Shown here: one piece after another, positions 61,391 through 64,000 of the stretch
How positions within the stretch are numbered: position 1 is the first letter of the stretch
Layout of the letters: the number at the start of each line of letters is the position of its first letter
NCBI GenBank assembly: GCA_965637545.1
Contig: OZ281500.1
Coordinates: 6,138,001 to 6,202,000 of the forward strand
Source of the DNA: Phallusia mammillata
Lineage: Eukaryota
Direction of reading: 5' to 3'
Length of the DNA stretch: 64,000 nt
Made by a program: the position numbers and the translations under genes
Notes under the pieces: model-generated
The model's input: the letters and a program-made list of their open reading frames with translations, nothing else
What the model was told of the DNA's origin: nothing
Databases searched by the model: none

Positions 61391-64000
61391 GTCCGTGCTC
61401 TTGATCCTGATTCATCAAGCAGCAGTTCCCCATCGATTACGTACTCGCTCGTGATTGGAGGAGATAGCGATGTCGGAAGTCCTTTCGAGGTGCGTGAAGA
61501 CAGTGGGTGGATCTGCTTGGCCTCCGGGTTAGATAGAGAGCAGAGAGATGAATACACGTTTGAAGTTCAAGCAACTGAACAGGTACAAGACTTACTCAAC
61601 GCAAATTGGGCATAAATGTTTTTTTTTCAATTATCAGGACAAAAATTTCCTTTGGTTTATGTAATATACTGGTTGTCCACCAGCTGCAAAGGTGAGACCT
61701 CATAACAGAGTCGTGAGTCGGGCCATGTTTTTGGTCAGGTTTGGGCTTGAGTTTCAATAAAAAGGGTTTGATGCGAGCCTTTGCACTCGGCATTAATTTT
61801 GCCGCATTTTTAATACCCCGTTTCCTTGATTTAGGCCTTGTTTTTTTTTTGTATACAATCAGGCTAGGATCCTGTTTCGTGCTTGTACTTTCGGTTATGT
61901 GCCGGGCTCGGGTCTAAATTTTAGCCCTTTATTACATACAGTTTGAAACAGTGCACACTATCTGCAATTTACTTAACAATATATCCTATGTTAAACTCTA
62001 GGGTGGACAATGGGACCGTTCCAGAGTGCACGTCACCGTCAGTGACGTCAACGACCACAGTCCAGTCTTTCACCCAGTGACGTACGACGTTAACGTGGAT
62101 CGTAGTATCGCCGAAGTGGGAACACCGGTCACCTTGCTGACCGCCACTGACCGGGATGACCCTGAAGGCTCCGGGTTCGGCCGGGTCACTTTTAATGTGA
62201 TGACTGGCAATGAAGATGACCTGTTTGAACTGAACGCTTTGACAGGTTGGTTTGCATTTTTCCGCAGTTTAAATGCTTAAAAACGAGTAAAAATTACAGA
62301 CTGGCTCATTTTTTATGTGTGCATACAGCACATATTTCTATTACATTAAAACATAATTGCCTTTGTAAGTTGCATTGTACGAGATTAAAAGAACAGCCAT
62401 TTTCACCATGATCCAGAGTTTTTATGTTCTTGTCAGGTTTTGTTTTACATGCTATATACAACAAAATCATACGTCGTGTCTTTCAGGTCAACTTTCTGTC
62501 GCCAAACCGCTACACAGTATCGGTGTCGGTTCAGTTCATCGGCTTGAAGTCGGCGCCGTCGACGGAGGATCGGTGGGCGCAGAAGAAAACGCTACAGTTA
62601 GCATAAGTGTTATTGACGGCGGGTCGACCGGTGGACCAACCTTCACCTCGTCGTTGTACAGCATCGAAATAACTGAAGGATTGATGGAATCTGCAACAAT
62701 TGGTCGGATTTCTGCTTCTATGGAAGGTATGTGCATCATGAAGTTATAAGTCGGGCCGTTTTGGGGTCGGACCTTGGTTTGAATAAATTGGACTTGATTT
62801 GACCTGAATTTACGTACGTCACATTTGCATTATAACCAAAGTTGGTAACTCTAACTTTTGGGCACGTTTCGGGCTTTTACTTTCGGCTTCGGGCCAACTA
62901 CAACCCTGAAAACAAGTATTCGTATTGTTACATTTAGCATGCAAATTAATCCACAAGTCTGTAATTATCACATTATAGATCCGGTTATTTATTTAGCATT
63001 GTTCGATTACTGTTTATTGGTGCAAATTTTGCAAAGCTATTTATGCTCAAGGGGGTCCAAAGCTGTAAACAACTCAAATTTCAGATTTTTTTAAGTTGTT
63101 TTCAAATAGTATTCCCTTTATAACGCTTTCCAAAAATCACTGAACAAAAATCCTCAAAAATTTAAATTCCAATAATCGCACTTATGAAAATATATGATGT
63201 AACTGCATACATGCATTAAGCGTAACCTTTGCGGGCCGCCAATTACCTCTGTCTAAATCAAACAAACAAATCGGAACATCGACTTTCTGATTCACGCCTG
63301 CAAACAATGTGGACAGTGCGGGAATCGGGCTTATCTGTTTATATCTCGTGCAAACAACAGCACAGACTATATTGTGCCAATTTTCGGCCTGTTGTCATTT
63401 CAACGCGATAACAAATTTAAGTGGAGAGCAGTTATGGGGCCATTTCGTGGAGAACATTTGCCTTTATTGTCCGATAACACGAAATCCAACACCTGACCCC
63501 GTGCGGCTATTTTAGGCAAATTGCCCCAAGGGAAAATGATTGCATTCACACAAAAGTGCTCATTTAGGGTAACGTTGAGAAAATAACATAATATACTAAA
63601 ATAAGTTTTCTGCAATAATTCCCATCACTTTTCAGTTCACTTTGTCAGGATTTTTTATCACGTTTTTTGACGAATAGACCAATTTTTTTTTTACTTTAAA
63701 AGTCTAAAATATCACTTTGTCAGTTTACAGAAATATGATTTTAAATGCAGCGTCTTTATAGGGCTCTTCTTGCATTCGTATTTTTCAAAATACAATTGCC
63801 AGAAAGAGCTTTATAAAGTTGATACTATGCCAGCAACAGCTGATGTATTAAATGCAGTATGTTTGACAGTTGCTTCTTTATTTGCCCTTTTGTCCCTGCT
63901 AGGTGGAGAGAGTGTGGCTTATTCAATTCGGAGAGATCCGCCATTTACCACCTGGTTTACTGTGGATCCTAGTACAGGACACTTGAACGTTTCTTCTGAT
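61391..64000 (+). CDS. DCHS1: Dachsous protocadherin, coding exons 8-11 (EC6 to EC9; runs off the window)
   Basis: Exons 61391-61582, 62002-62245, 62487-62726, 63903-64000+, with consistent phases. Motifs GWICLASGLDRE, SDVNDHSPVFHP, GQLSVAKPL, WFTVDPSTG. Confidence 0.9.

Overview
Eukaryotic, AT-rich animal DNA with short GT-AG introns; an invertebrate chordate such as an ascidian is plausible but is inference only. (1) 1-7.4 kb is transposon-rich: a piggyBac-type element with TTAA duplication, a probable Maverick/Polinton remnant spanning a 177-nt N gap, and small repeats. (2) 7.4-40.2 kb is a head-to-tail + strand array of nine SLC7 heteromeric amino-acid-transporter light-chain genes (LAT/b0,+AT-like) in four subtypes, ordered A, B1, C1(pseudo), B2(probable pseudo), B3, C2, C3, C4, D. 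All share one 4-coding-exon structure, and remnants of deleted copies and many hAT MITEs lie among them. (3) 41.0-64 kb holds the first 11 coding exons of a Dachsous protocadherin, with a 16.4-kb intron. Most notable: a complete type I hammerhead ribozyme in sense orientation in an SLC7 intron, paired with a 26-nt antisense arm; diversification of substrate-pocket residues across the array; a degenerate Ca2+-binding linker at Dachsous EC5-EC6. All calls were read by eye; protein family comparisons are from recalled reference sequences, and no searches were run.
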